From the NCBI GenBank assembly GCA_017645985.1, contig JAGCNK010000172.1, positions 1 to 35,136 on the forward strand: a stretch of 35,136 nucleotides of DNA, written 5' to 3'. The translations under genes and the position numbers were made by a program. This document shows positions 1 to 8,760 of the stretch, in pieces (positions within the stretch are counted from its first letter, which is position 1; each line of letters starts with the position of its first letter). The stretch is from Bacteroidales bacterium (GTDB lineage Bacteria; Bacteroidota; Bacteroidia; Bacteroidales; UBA3824). The notes beneath the pieces are model-generated. The model did no database searches. It was given only the letters and a program-made list of their open reading frames with translations, and was not told where the DNA came from.

Positions 1-897
1 GGTTTCAACACTCGTAATATAAAGGTTGCCCGCGAGGGTGCTACTGATATATGTTTCAGTTTCAACGACGAATACATCGCTGTTGCCGACCAGAGCCGAA
101 AGCTCAGAGTGTTTGACACATCGTCGTGGGAACCCGTGCACAAGCAGGATGTGAATGCCACCGCTATGGCGTTCAGCCGCAACAACAAGTATATGGCTGT
201 GGGCGGACAGAGTTTCCTGCGTGTGATGAATGAGGCTAACGATGGCTTTACGCTCTGTTCCGACATTATCAACTACACCGGCAATATCAAGGAGATGTTT
301 TTCCATCCGTTCAACAACGAGACTCTGTTTGTGAGCGACAACTTCTCGCTTTACAAGGTGGACGTGAAAACCAAGGTGATCAACAAGGCGATTACCGATT
401 TCAGGCTGATGTCGGTGTCGCGCGATATGCAATATGTGGCTGGCTACGACTATTTCCACAATCTGAAGATATACCGCATCAATGCCCTTTCGGAGATTTT
501 CCGCCTCGGCATCGAAAGCTCGTCGGAAATCAAGTCGATGTCGATAAACGCCGACGCCACACGGCTTATCTACGGTTTCAAAGACGGACGTGTGTGCGTC
601 TACAATCCGCAGATTCCTATGCCCGTGGCTGAGTTTGACATAGGTTGCGAGGTTATCGACATAAAGATAAGCAGCGACGCGCTCTTCTTCTCTGTGCTGG
701 GTGCCGACCGCAAACTGAGATTCTACAACTCGTCGACAGCCGAAAAGGGCCGCGACATTTCGATGATGTATTTCCCGAAAATCATTGCTATGAGCAATGT
801 GGGCAATATGCTCGCCATTGGCAACTACAACGAGGATGTGGACATCATCTTTACGAATGAAACCGTGGTAGAAACTTCGTCGCACAGTGTCAGCTAG
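1..897 (+). CDS. WD40-like beta-propeller repeat protein, C-terminal part (5' end outside the window)
   Basis: Frame 1 is open from base 1 (GFNTRNIKVAREG...) into tracked ORF 109..897, whose listed start is an internal GTG. Stop TAG is at 895-897. Repeated ~40-aa units end in blade-like strands (LRVFD, LRVMN, LYKVD, LKIYR, VCVYN, LRFYN). Confidence 0.55.
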   Translation, partial: GFNTRNIKVAREGATDICFSFNDEYIAVADQSRKLRVFDTSSWEPVHKQDVNATAMAFSRNNKYMAVGGQSFLRVMNEANDGFTLCSDIINYTGNIKEMFFHPFNNETLFVSDNFSLYKVDVKTKVINKAITDFRLMSVSRDMQYVAGYDYFHNLKIYRINALSEIFRLGIESSSEIKSMSINADATRLIYGFKDGRVCVYNPQIPMPVAEFDIGCEVIDIKISSDALFFSVLGADRKLRFYNSSTAEKGRDISMMYFPKIIAMSNVGNMLAIGNYNEDVDIIFTNETVVETSSHSVS

Positions 898-899
898 TT

Positions 900-1541
900 A
901 TGGGACGCGCCATTGTCTTGTTTGATTTCGACGGCACTCTCGCCGATACTTTCGAGTCGGGAGCCGCCCTTATCAACGAATTTGCCGTTAAGTTTGGCTA
1001 CAAACCTTTGGATTTTGCCTCTCACCGAAATCTTTCGGCTCGTGAGCTGGTGAAGCTTTCGGGTGTGAGATGGTGGCAGATTCCGAAGCTGGTGAGGTTC
1101 TTCCGCCGCGAGTCGGTGAACCGTGCCGACAGGATAAAACCTTTCAATGGTATTGAGGATATGGTAAAACGAATCTTCAAGGTGTGCGATATGGGCATAC
1201 TTACCACCAACGCATCGCAGACCATCGGACGGTTTCTCGACAATCTACAGCTTGAAAAATATTTCTGCTATCTGCGCTCCAATGTGCCTCTCTTTGGCAA
1301 GAGCCGGGCTCTGCGGCGCACCGTGCGGATGCTAAAACAGCATTACACCTATATCTTGTATGTGGGCGACGAAATCCGCGACATTGAAGCGTGCCGCAAG
1401 GTGGGTCTGCCTATAGTTTCGGTTTCGTGGGGATTCAATTCGCGAGAGATACTTGCAGCGCACAACGATTCGGTGGCAGACTCTGCCGACGAACTTGCCC
1501 AAAAGGTTTTGGACCGTGTTATTGAAGGCCTAAGTAAGTAG
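900..1541 (+). CDS. HAD-IA family hydrolase (phosphoglycolate phosphatase-like)
   Basis: ATG at 900. HAD motif I is FDFDGTLADT, motif II is ILTTN, and motif III/IV is GKSR ... YVGDEIRDIEA. Length of 213 aa is typical. Confidence 0.8.
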   Translation: MGRAIVLFDFDGTLADTFESGAALINEFAVKFGYKPLDFASHRNLSARELVKLSGVRWWQIPKLVRFFRRESVNRADRIKPFNGIEDMVKRIFKVCDMGILTTNASQTIGRFLDNLQLEKYFCYLRSNVPLFGKSRALRRTVRMLKQHYTYILYVGDEIRDIEACRKVGLPIVSVSWGFNSREILAAHNDSVADSADELAQKVLDRVIEGLSK

Positions 1542-4500
1542 AAAACTCGTTCACGGCATTCCGCAGCATCGGTATCGTGTCGAAATATCCGTAAAAGTGC
1601 GGAGCGTAGTTCTGATATACCACCTTTGCCTCGTCGATTTGGTTCTGATAAACAAGCTGCACAAATTTCAGCGCGTAGGCGTACGACAGCAGCGACTTGT
1701 CGCCGTTGGTCGATTTTAGCATCACAATAGCGCGGTCGATACTCAGTGCCGAGGTGTTGAAATCTTTGTAAAAACGCATCAGAATGTCGGCTTTCTCTAA
1801 CAGCACAGAAGCCTCGGTGTGCGCAGAGCCTGTGGCGGCTGCGGTGTCCACTGCCCTTCGCAGATATCCGAGCGCAAGGTCTTTCTCGTCGCACGATATG
1901 TTGTATCTTGCCTGCGACACTATTGCCTGAATCTCCAAGTCGGTGTCTTTCTCTGTTTTGGCAAGGTCGACGGTGTTTGAAAGAAGCTTGCTGATAAAGT
2001 CGTACATCGTGAGGGTCTTGCCGTTGAAATCGATGGTGGCAGCCATCTTTCCGCAGTTTTCGGCAAACTGGGTGGCCATATTGTAATAGAGCTGTGCGGC
2101 GGCGTCCCAAAGGTCGCGGGCAAAAAGAAGGTCTAACGCTTGCTGGTATTTCTTCACCGCCTCGTCTAATTTCCCGAGCTTGATGTTAATCTGCGCCGTG
2201 GCACGCAGTGCAGTGCATTTGGTGTCGATATCTGACGAAATGTCAAACACGTGCATTATCTGGCTTGCCAGCGATGTGGCTTCGTCATAGCGTTTCACAA
2301 TGGCGTTTGACACTGCACGGCTTAGGAGCGTCTTGATGATTCCTGTGTGGTTGTCGTCTTTTTTGAAGAGCGAATATGCCTTGTGGTAATATTTGTTGGC
2401 GGTTTCGATGTCGCCGTTGATACCGAAAATGGCTGTGGCAGCCGACAGGGCGCAGTCGGCGAGCGACGAAATCTCAATATGAAATTCGTTTTCAAAAGTG
2501 TCGAACGCCTTGCGGTAATATTCTGCCGCTCTGAGGTTGTTGCCGAGACGTTCGTGCATAAGAGCCACGTTCTTAAGGTTGTTGAAAAGACCTTCGCTCT
2601 TAAACTCCTCCTTGTCGTATTCCTCGCACGCCTTGTTGTAGTATTCGAGTGCGCGGGTGTATATTCCAAAAGTGTCGTATGTGTAGCCTATGTTGTTGCA
2701 GATGTATGCAGTGCGTGTGTGCGCCTCGGTTTTGGAGCTGATGTCCAACGCTGTGGTGTAGTTAGCCACCGCCACAAGGTAATCCTTGTTTTCAAAAAAG
2801 TAGTCGGCAATGGCTGTGAAAGCCTGCACCAGTTTGTCGTTGATGTCGGTTTCTGACACTTCGTCGCCGTGCTCCTTCTTCATCGTTTGCAGAATATCCA
2901 CTGCCGAGGTGAGACATTCGTAGCCTTGGTCACGGTTTTGCGTGTGCATAAGTGCGTCGGCGGCGTGTATTAGCGCGTCGGCCTGACGTCCTGGACGGTC
3001 GGCTACTTGGTAATGCTGAGCCGAAAGGATGTAGTTCTCGGCAGATTTTTCGTAGTTGCCGTTTTCGTAAAAGAGGCCAGTTTCGGCGTATGCTGCAGCC
3101 AGCTGCTCGGTGTTGCCGGTCAGACGGTAGGTTTCAATCACCTGATGCTGGCAGATGAGCGCCTCGTCGGTGTCGCCGTTTTCGTTGTAAAGGTAGGCGA
3201 GAGCCGACAGCATTTCGGCAAACATGTCTAGGTCGTTGTCGCTGCGGTATAGCTCTATAGCTCTTTTGTAGTATTCTGAGGCACGGGGTGCGTCGGGCAT
3301 TTCGGCGTACATACAGGCGAGCGTGCCTGTGGCGAGTGCCTCTGAATGCAGGTCGCCAAGATTGCGGCTCAGCTCAATGGCCTCGTCGAGAGCTTTTTGC
3401 GCCTCTTTGTATTCGCAGAGCATGCGCATTGTGTCGCCGGCAAACGACAGCGAACGTATGTATTCTTTGGTGTCGCCGATGTTTTTGTATATTTTGGCGG
3501 CGAGCAGGTATGTCACTTTTGCCTTGTTGAAACGGTCGCTGCGGTAGTACAGTGTGGCGAGCGATGTCAGGTTGTACGCCTCCTGCGCCTTGTATTTCAC
3601 CTTGTGGTACAGCTCAATGGCATTGTCGTAATATGTTTCGGCGCGGGCGGTCTTTTTCTGCTCCTCGTACACGCTTGCCAGGTTTGAATAGTTGAGTGCT
3701 GCTGCGGCGTTGTCGTTGAGCTTGTTGTTTATCTTGAGAGCCTCCAGATAGTACTGCGAGGCGCGTTCGTAATCCTGCTTTGAGTAGAAAATGTTTCCGA
3801 TATTGTTGTATACGGCAGCTCGTCCGGCTTCGTCGTTGCTCTGCTGCGACAGCTCGAGCGACTTGTTGAAGTACTGCATTGCCCCCTGGATATTGTCGGA
3901 ACCGTAATGCAGGTTGCCGATGGCGTTGTAGTCGGCTATCATACCGGCAATGTCGTTGTTGGCATGGTCTTCTTTGAGAGCCAGCTTGTAGTATCGCAGA
4001 GCCGTGTCGGTTTCGGATTTTTGCGAATATAGCGCACCTAAATTGCTGTATGTTACTGCAATGCCGTACTTGTTGGGTGCGTTTGAGTCGTTTTCTAATG
4101 CGGCGTTGAAGTATTTTTCGGCACCGTTTTCGTCGCCGCTGTTGAGCAGTGCAAGTCCTATGTTGTTGTAACTTATTGATATCTTGGCTGTATTGCCGAG
4201 CATACGGTCAATTTCCAATGCTTTGTGAAAGTAGGTCAACGCCTCGGTATATTTGCTCTGGGCGTTTTTCGACAGGCCCATATTGTTGTAGCAGTTGGCA
4301 AGGTTGATGCGGTCGCCGGTGTGGAAACAAAGCCTGAGTGCTTCGGTGTAGTATCTTTTGGCTTCGGCAAAACGGCTGTCGTTGTCGTAAGATAGTCCGA
4401 GATTGATATACGCCTTGGCGAGAATGTGCGGCTTGACGGCCTTGGTGCAATAGTCGATCACCTCGTTGAGCAGCTGATACGCGCCCGCATTGTCTTTGTC

Positions 4501-5928
4501 GGAACGTTTGAGCGTGGCAAGGTCGATTTTTACCAACGCAATTTTGTCGTCCTTGGCTTGTTCGGTGTAGCCTTTGAGCGCAAGATTCAGAAAATAATCT
4601 GCCGAAGTATGGTTGCTGCGTGTTAGGTAAACCTTGCCCAAGGCGTAGTAACCATCTGCCAGAGCGGGATGTTTAGGATTTCCCTTTATATAGTCGATTG
4701 ATTTTTGTATGTATTTCACCGCCTTGTCGTGATCCGCAAGGTACATGTATTCTTGTCCCACAAAGAAGTATCCTGCTACCAGATAGTATTTGTTGTCCAT
4801 TCGTTTGGAGCAGCCGAGTACGGCCGTTCCACATTCGAGAGCCTCTTTGTGATACCCGAGCCAAGAAAGGGCTAGGTACTTGGCCTGTAAGGATGTGGCG
4901 CGGTATTCCCAAACGACTTGCGACGAGCGGCAATACGCCAGGGCGTTCCAAGTTTTATCAGCCAGTTGCACAGCCTCGGGCATCGATGTTTTCTGTACAG
5001 CCTCTATAGTCTTATTTATCAGTTCGTTAGGGTTGCCTTTTTGGGTTTCCTTGATGGCTGTGTAGCGGTATTTGTGATTTGCAACAGGCTTTGTCACAAC
5101 GTTTTGCAAATGACGTGCGTTTGAATAGAAATCCAGATTAACAATTATCCATCCGTTGTCGATTTGTTTGATGTCGCCGTTTTGCAGCATATAGTTGAGC
5201 AGTCCGTTCATAAACGCAGGATTTCCCTGTGTGGCTGAATGGATTATGTTGGCGGTGTCTGACGGAAACTCGTTGCCTGGAAACATTGTGGATATCAGGT
5301 CGGCTGTGTCGGAGAGTTTCAGCGGTTCGGGAACGAGCTCGCAAAATCCTCCCGTCTTCCATGCCTGGGTGATGCTGCCTATTTTTATAGGAAAGAGGTC
5401 GCGCGAAATGCGGTTGATAAGCGGGTCTGACTTGATAGCCGGGTCTGCCATATTGTACGCCGCCACAGCCATAATATTGCAAGGTCCATCCACAATATGC
5501 TGAGCCAGAGCGTATATCATACTGTAAATGTCGGGATTGCAGTATTGAAAATCGTCGGCAATGATTATTGTAGGATTCTTAGCCGCGCTCTCTTGCAGAT
5601 ATTTGTAGAAAAAGTCAGCTGCTTCGTCGGGCGTCAGATTGGCTAAGCTGTCGCGTTGCTCTTTGTCCGGCTTATGTCCGGTGAGGGTATGGAAAAGCAT
5701 ACTATACGACAACTCTGTGCTGGCACAACGGCAATTGAACGAAATGGTGCTGCACTTAGATATGGCGGCGGCTTTCTGGGCAAACATTCTTGCCAGAGCC
5801 GACTTGCCGCATCCGGGCTTGCCGCTTATGAGCACAATCTGCCCTTTGCCGTTGCAAACCTGCTCGTAGAGGTTTAGCAGACGGTGCAGTTCTGTGCCGT
5901 GTCCTACAAATATATCTTCCGCTATCAA
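1519..5928 (-). CDS. STAND-type P-loop NTPase (AAA_16-like) with very long TPR array and no recognisable effector domain
   Basis: Walker A GKPGCGKS is at 5800-5823 and Walker B-like IIIADDFQY follows. FVGHGTELHRLL and GNPAFMNGLL motifs are typical of AAA_16/MalT-like STAND modules. More than 20 TPR-like 34-aa units follow (A..YNNIG..Y......A..YY..AL). The start is ambiguous: TTG at 5928 overlaps the upstream stop as TTGA, while the tracked TTG at 6006 would overlap the kinase gene by 82 nt. No in-frame ATG precedes the Walker A. Confidence 0.8.
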   Translation of the reverse strand: MIAEDIFVGHGTELHRLLNLYEQVCNGKGQIVLISGKPGCGKSALARMFAQKAAAISKCSTISFNCRCASTELSYSMLFHTLTGHKPDKEQRDSLANLTPDEAADFFYKYLQESAAKNPTIIIADDFQYCNPDIYSMIYALAQHIVDGPCNIMAVAAYNMADPAIKSDPLINRISRDLFPIKIGSITQAWKTGGFCELVPEPLKLSDTADLISTMFPGNEFPSDTANIIHSATQGNPAFMNGLLNYMLQNGDIKQIDNGWIIVNLDFYSNARHLQNVVTKPVANHKYRYTAIKETQKGNPNELINKTIEAVQKTSMPEAVQLADKTWNALAYCRSSQVVWEYRATSLQAKYLALSWLGYHKEALECGTAVLGCSKRMDNKYYLVAGYFFVGQEYMYLADHDKAVKYIQKSIDYIKGNPKHPALADGYYALGKVYLTRSNHTSADYFLNLALKGYTEQAKDDKIALVKIDLATLKRSDKDNAGAYQLLNEVIDYCTKAVKPHILAKAYINLGLSYDNDSRFAEAKRYYTEALRLCFHTGDRINLANCYNNMGLSKNAQSKYTEALTYFHKALEIDRMLGNTAKISISYNNIGLALLNSGDENGAEKYFNAALENDSNAPNKYGIAVTYSNLGALYSQKSETDTALRYYKLALKEDHANNDIAGMIADYNAIGNLHYGSDNIQGAMQYFNKSLELSQQSNDEAGRAAVYNNIGNIFYSKQDYERASQYYLEALKINNKLNDNAAAALNYSNLASVYEEQKKTARAETYYDNAIELYHKVKYKAQEAYNLTSLATLYYRSDRFNKAKVTYLLAAKIYKNIGDTKEYIRSLSFAGDTMRMLCEYKEAQKALDEAIELSRNLGDLHSEALATGTLACMYAEMPDAPRASEYYKRAIELYRSDNDLDMFAEMLSALAYLYNENGDTDEALICQHQVIETYRLTGNTEQLAAAYAETGLFYENGNYEKSAENYILSAQHYQVADRPGRQADALIHAADALMHTQNRDQGYECLTSAVDILQTMKKEHGDEVSETDINDKLVQAFTAIADYFFENKDYLVAVANYTTALDISSKTEAHTRTAYICNNIGYTYDTFGIYTRALEYYNKACEEYDKEEFKSEGLFNNLKNVALMHERLGNNLRAAEYYRKAFDTFENEFHIEISSLADCALSAATAIFGINGDIETANKYYHKAYSLFKKDDNHTGIIKTLLSRAVSNAIVKRYDEATSLASQIMHVFDISSDIDTKCTALRATAQINIKLGKLDEAVKKYQQALDLLFARDLWDAAAQLYYNMATQFAENCGKMAATIDFNGKTLTMYDFISKLLSNTVDLAKTEKDTDLEIQAIVSQARYNISCDEKDLALGYLRRAVDTAAATGSAHTEASVLLEKADILMRFYKDFNTSALSIDRAIVMLKSTNGDKSLLSYAYALKFVQLVYQNQIDEAKVVYQNYAPHFYGYFDTIPMLRNAVNEFSTYLGLQ

Positions 5929-8213
5929 CTCTTTTTCTTTAAGAAACCGGCTAACACTTTCATCAGCAGACTGATGTTGAGCGGTTTGGTAAGGTAGTAG
6001 TTGCAACCGGCCTTGATGGTCTTATCTTTTTCGTCGCTGAGGGCGTAGGCGGTTTGTGCAATTATTATGATGTCTTTGTCGAACTCACGTATGGCGCGAG
6101 TGGCTTCGTAGCCGTCCATTACGGGCATCTTGATGTCCATAAGTATCAGGTCGATGTCTTTGTTGTTGCGTGCTATCTCCACGGCCTGACCTCCGTCTTC
6201 AGCCCAGATGATTTCTGCGCCGGTTTCGGCTAGTATCTCGTTCATTAGCATGCGGTTCATCTCCTCGTCTTCTGCCACCATTATCTTTTTGCCTTTGAGC
6301 GAAACTTCGGCTTCGTCGGCATTGCCAGATGCTCCGTATTCGTCGGCGGTGTTGAGCTCGGGGTCGTAGGGTAGGGTGAAGTAGAACGTGCTGCCTTCGC
6401 CTTCGGCTGATTCTACCCACATTTTGCCGCCGAGCAGCTCTACAAGTTTCTTAGAGATGGCTAGACCGAGTCCTGTGCCTTGTTGGTTCTTGTCGCCTTT
6501 TTGTTCTATCTGTCCAAAACGTTCAAAGATAACATTCAGCTTGTCCTGAGGCATTCCCTGTCCAGTGTCCTTAACGTAGAACAGCAGCTCTTCGGGAGTG
6601 TTGAAACGGTATCCAAATTCGATGAAGCCCTTTTCGGTGAATTTCATAGCGTTGGTTATCAGGTTGTTGATAACCTGTTTGAAACGGAACGGGTCGGTTT
6701 CGATTTGAAATTCGTCGGATTCTACCGCATTTTTAACGGTAAAGCCGATTCCCTTTTCTTTGATGTTGTTGATTTGATATTGCGAAATATAGATTTCGTT
6801 CATCATTGGGTTGAGGGGCGACTTGCGTGGCTTAACCTTCAATTGCCCTGCCTCTATTTTGGATATGTCGATGATGTCGTTGATGAGGTTGAGCAGGCTC
6901 TTGCCGCTGCTTACAATGAGCTCCAGGTATTTTGCTTTTGTGCCTGTAAGTCCGCTTGTCTTTGCCAGAAGTTCCGAGAAACCTATGATTGAGTTCATCG
7001 GGGTGCGTATCTCGTGACTCATATTGGCAAGGAACGCCGATTTAAGTTTGTCAGATTCCTCGGCTTTTTGTTTAGCCTCAATAAGTTCTGATTCCCACTG
7101 TTTGCGTTTGGTGATGTCGCGGATGGTGAGTGCGCATCCTTTTGCGGTGTCGGTATCGTAATACGACACGGTCATGTCGGCAATGAATGTTTCGCCGTTT
7201 TTATTTACGCAAACGCCCTCAAACGGTGCTTCGGTATATTTGCACGAACCTGTTTCGAGGAATTTCTTAACCTCTGCCTCGGCATTAGCACGGCGGCTTT
7301 GTTCGGGCTGGAGCAGGTTGAGCAATGGCATACCTTGTACTTCGTCGTTGTGGAAACCAGTGAGTTTTTCGGCAGCGGGGTTGAGCGATACCACTTTGGC
7401 TTTTTCGTCGGTTACGATAAGCGCCTCAAACGCATTCATACTCAGCTTGGTGTAAATCTCGTTGGTGGCTTTTTCCTGCAAAACGGCTTTCTGACGTTCA
7501 GATTCGGTCTTGGCTATTATCTGGGTCATCTTTTCAAACTCGTTGTAGAGGTCTGCCACTTCGTCTTTGTTTTTGGGAATGTCAACGTCCTGAGTGTAGT
7601 TGCCCGAGTCGTTGGCTTGTTTGATATGCTCGGTGAGCTTGAGAATCGGTTTCGACAGCGGACGGGCTATGAAATACGATACAAGCAGAGTTATCAACGC
7701 AGTGATGGCGGCTATGAATACGAACATCGACGCCGAGTAGCGCATCTTGCGGCTCGACAGTTCGGCTGTTGAAATTTCCAAATATACCGCACCCAGAATG
7801 TCGGAGTCGCGGATAACGGGCTTGGTTATGATGAGGTAGCCGTCTTCGAAACGTGCTGAGCTTTTGGGTTCCAAGGTTGGCGGCGGAGTAAAGTCTTTGG
7901 CGTTGTTGAACGTGTGACTGTAAAACTGCTGCTGGTCGGTGGAGTAGAACTGCACAAACTCAATAGGCGGAAACACTTCGAAAAATTCGCAGCGCTCTTT
8001 GAGGTCTTGTGGTTGGTTCATCTCAATACAAGATGTGCCTTCGATGGCAAGCATTTTGGCTATGCCTTCGTACTTGTTTTGAAAGTCTTCGGTGTTGGCG
8101 GTGCTAAGTATTGCATTGCTGCAAATATAGCACAACGCTGCTGTGATAAGCACTGCACAAGCCACACTGAAAGTGATTTTGTGCTTTATCGATAGGTTGG
8201 CAAAAGGATTCAT
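5925..8213 (-). CDS. Hybrid sensor histidine kinase/response regulator (TM - periplasmic domain - TM - HAMP - PAS - HisKA - HATPase_c - REC)
   Basis: ATG at 8213. H-box is SHEIRTPMNSIIGF, with the phospho-His codon at 7014-7016. N, G1 and G2 boxes are NLITNAMKF, KDTGQGM and GTGLGLAISK. The C-terminal receiver has AEDEE ... DLILMDIKMP, with its Asp codon at 6135-6137, then TKP. Two TM segments flank a ~120-aa periplasmic stretch (about 7737-8105). Confidence 0.92.
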   Translation of the reverse strand: MNPFANLSIKHKITFSVACAVLITAALCYICSNAILSTANTEDFQNKYEGIAKMLAIEGTSCIEMNQPQDLKERCEFFEVFPPIEFVQFYSTDQQQFYSHTFNNAKDFTPPPTLEPKSSARFEDGYLIITKPVIRDSDILGAVYLEISTAELSSRKMRYSASMFVFIAAITALITLLVSYFIARPLSKPILKLTEHIKQANDSGNYTQDVDIPKNKDEVADLYNEFEKMTQIIAKTESERQKAVLQEKATNEIYTKLSMNAFEALIVTDEKAKVVSLNPAAEKLTGFHNDEVQGMPLLNLLQPEQSRRANAEAEVKKFLETGSCKYTEAPFEGVCVNKNGETFIADMTVSYYDTDTAKGCALTIRDITKRKQWESELIEAKQKAEESDKLKSAFLANMSHEIRTPMNSIIGFSELLAKTSGLTGTKAKYLELIVSSGKSLLNLINDIIDISKIEAGQLKVKPRKSPLNPMMNEIYISQYQINNIKEKGIGFTVKNAVESDEFQIETDPFRFKQVINNLITNAMKFTEKGFIEFGYRFNTPEELLFYVKDTGQGMPQDKLNVIFERFGQIEQKGDKNQQGTGLGLAISKKLVELLGGKMWVESAEGEGSTFYFTLPYDPELNTADEYGASGNADEAEVSLKGKKIMVAEDEEMNRMLMNEILAETGAEIIWAEDGGQAVEIARNNKDIDLILMDIKMPVMDGYEATRAIREFDKDIIIIAQTAYALSDEKDKTIKAGCNYYLTKPLNISLLMKVLAGFLKKKS

Positions 8214-8244
8214 AGTCTCTACGTTTAATAATTTTTTCTTTTTC

Positions 8245-8760
8245 TTATTCTTTGTATTGATGACCCGGACTCAGCAGTGTGGTTCTGAACATAAGCCCTG
8301 AATCTATAATTGCTTCTTTTTTAAATAGATAGTCGATGCTGCTCGCCTTTTGTTCTATAAAGAACATACAGCCGTAATTTAATAAATTTTTATTGTTTGA
8401 CAGCGTAAGAATCTTCATTTTTTTTAGTTTTTCCTCTAATAATTCGTTTGATATTTCAGCAGAATGGTCGATGAACACCACTAATGCGTCGTCGATGGCC
8501 GTGTTGTCGTTGTATTCTCTTACGGTGATAGGTTTGTTGTTGAATGTCTGCGATTTAAGCGAGTTTGAGATTTCGGTAAAAGGTTCTGGTTTCTTGGCTG
8601 CTATATATATTATAAAGGTGTCCTGCGGCAGAGGTTCTGGCCAGTACACATAGTGGGCAAATTTGATTATGTTCTGGTAGTCGAATCCCTGCGCCGTGGC
8701 TGATGTGCTCAGGAGCAGGGCGTATGCGGTAAAGATTATATATGTTAGTAGTTTTTTCAT
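8245..8760 (-). CDS. YfiR/DUF4154-like periplasmic protein
   Basis: A signal peptide (MKKLLTYIIFTAYALLLSTSATAQ) is present. The layout is collinear with YfiR as I recall it: IIKFAHYVYWPE, then a short beta-alpha segment, ILTLSNN...YGCMFFI, and a C-terminal ...GLMFRTTLL. The start ATG overlaps the upstream stop as ATGA (8757-8760). Confidence 0.6.
   Translation of the reverse strand: MKKLLTYIIFTAYALLLSTSATAQGFDYQNIIKFAHYVYWPEPLPQDTFIIYIAAKKPEPFTEISNSLKSQTFNNKPITVREYNDNTAIDDALVVFIDHSAEISNELLEEKLKKMKILTLSNNKNLLNYGCMFFIEQKASSIDYLFKKEAIIDSGLMFRTTLLSPGHQYKE

Noticed and set aside
1349-2110. Many long ORFs antisense to or overlapping the large genes, e.g. 1349-2110, 2347-2856, 6480-6992, 7299-7772, 10299-10904, 11481-12290, 13717-14427, 15891-16709, 17904-18446, 21208-21873, 22230-22838, 24761-25360, 26824-27495, 30509-31057 and 32809-33330.
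   Set aside because: Each lies wholly inside a longer ORF that has clear domain motifs. Their translations are low-complexity (R/V/L/H-rich) with no recognisable motifs. They are typical shadow ORFs of moderately GC-rich coding DNA.
5929-6006. The tracked start of the STAND-TPR ORF at 6006.
   Set aside because: It is a TTG, not an ATG, and would overlap the kinase gene by 82 nt. The recognisable domain begins at FVGHG just after the TTG at 5928, which overlaps the kinase stop as TTGA. I prefer 5928 but cannot exclude 6006.
1519-6006. STAND NTPase + TPR as an Avs-like antiphage defence protein.
   Set aside because: There is no N-terminal nuclease, protease, TIR or other effector. The gene is embedded in and coupled to a sensory kinase operon rather than a defence or mobile island. 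No neighbouring defence or integrase genes are present. A signalling role fits the context better.
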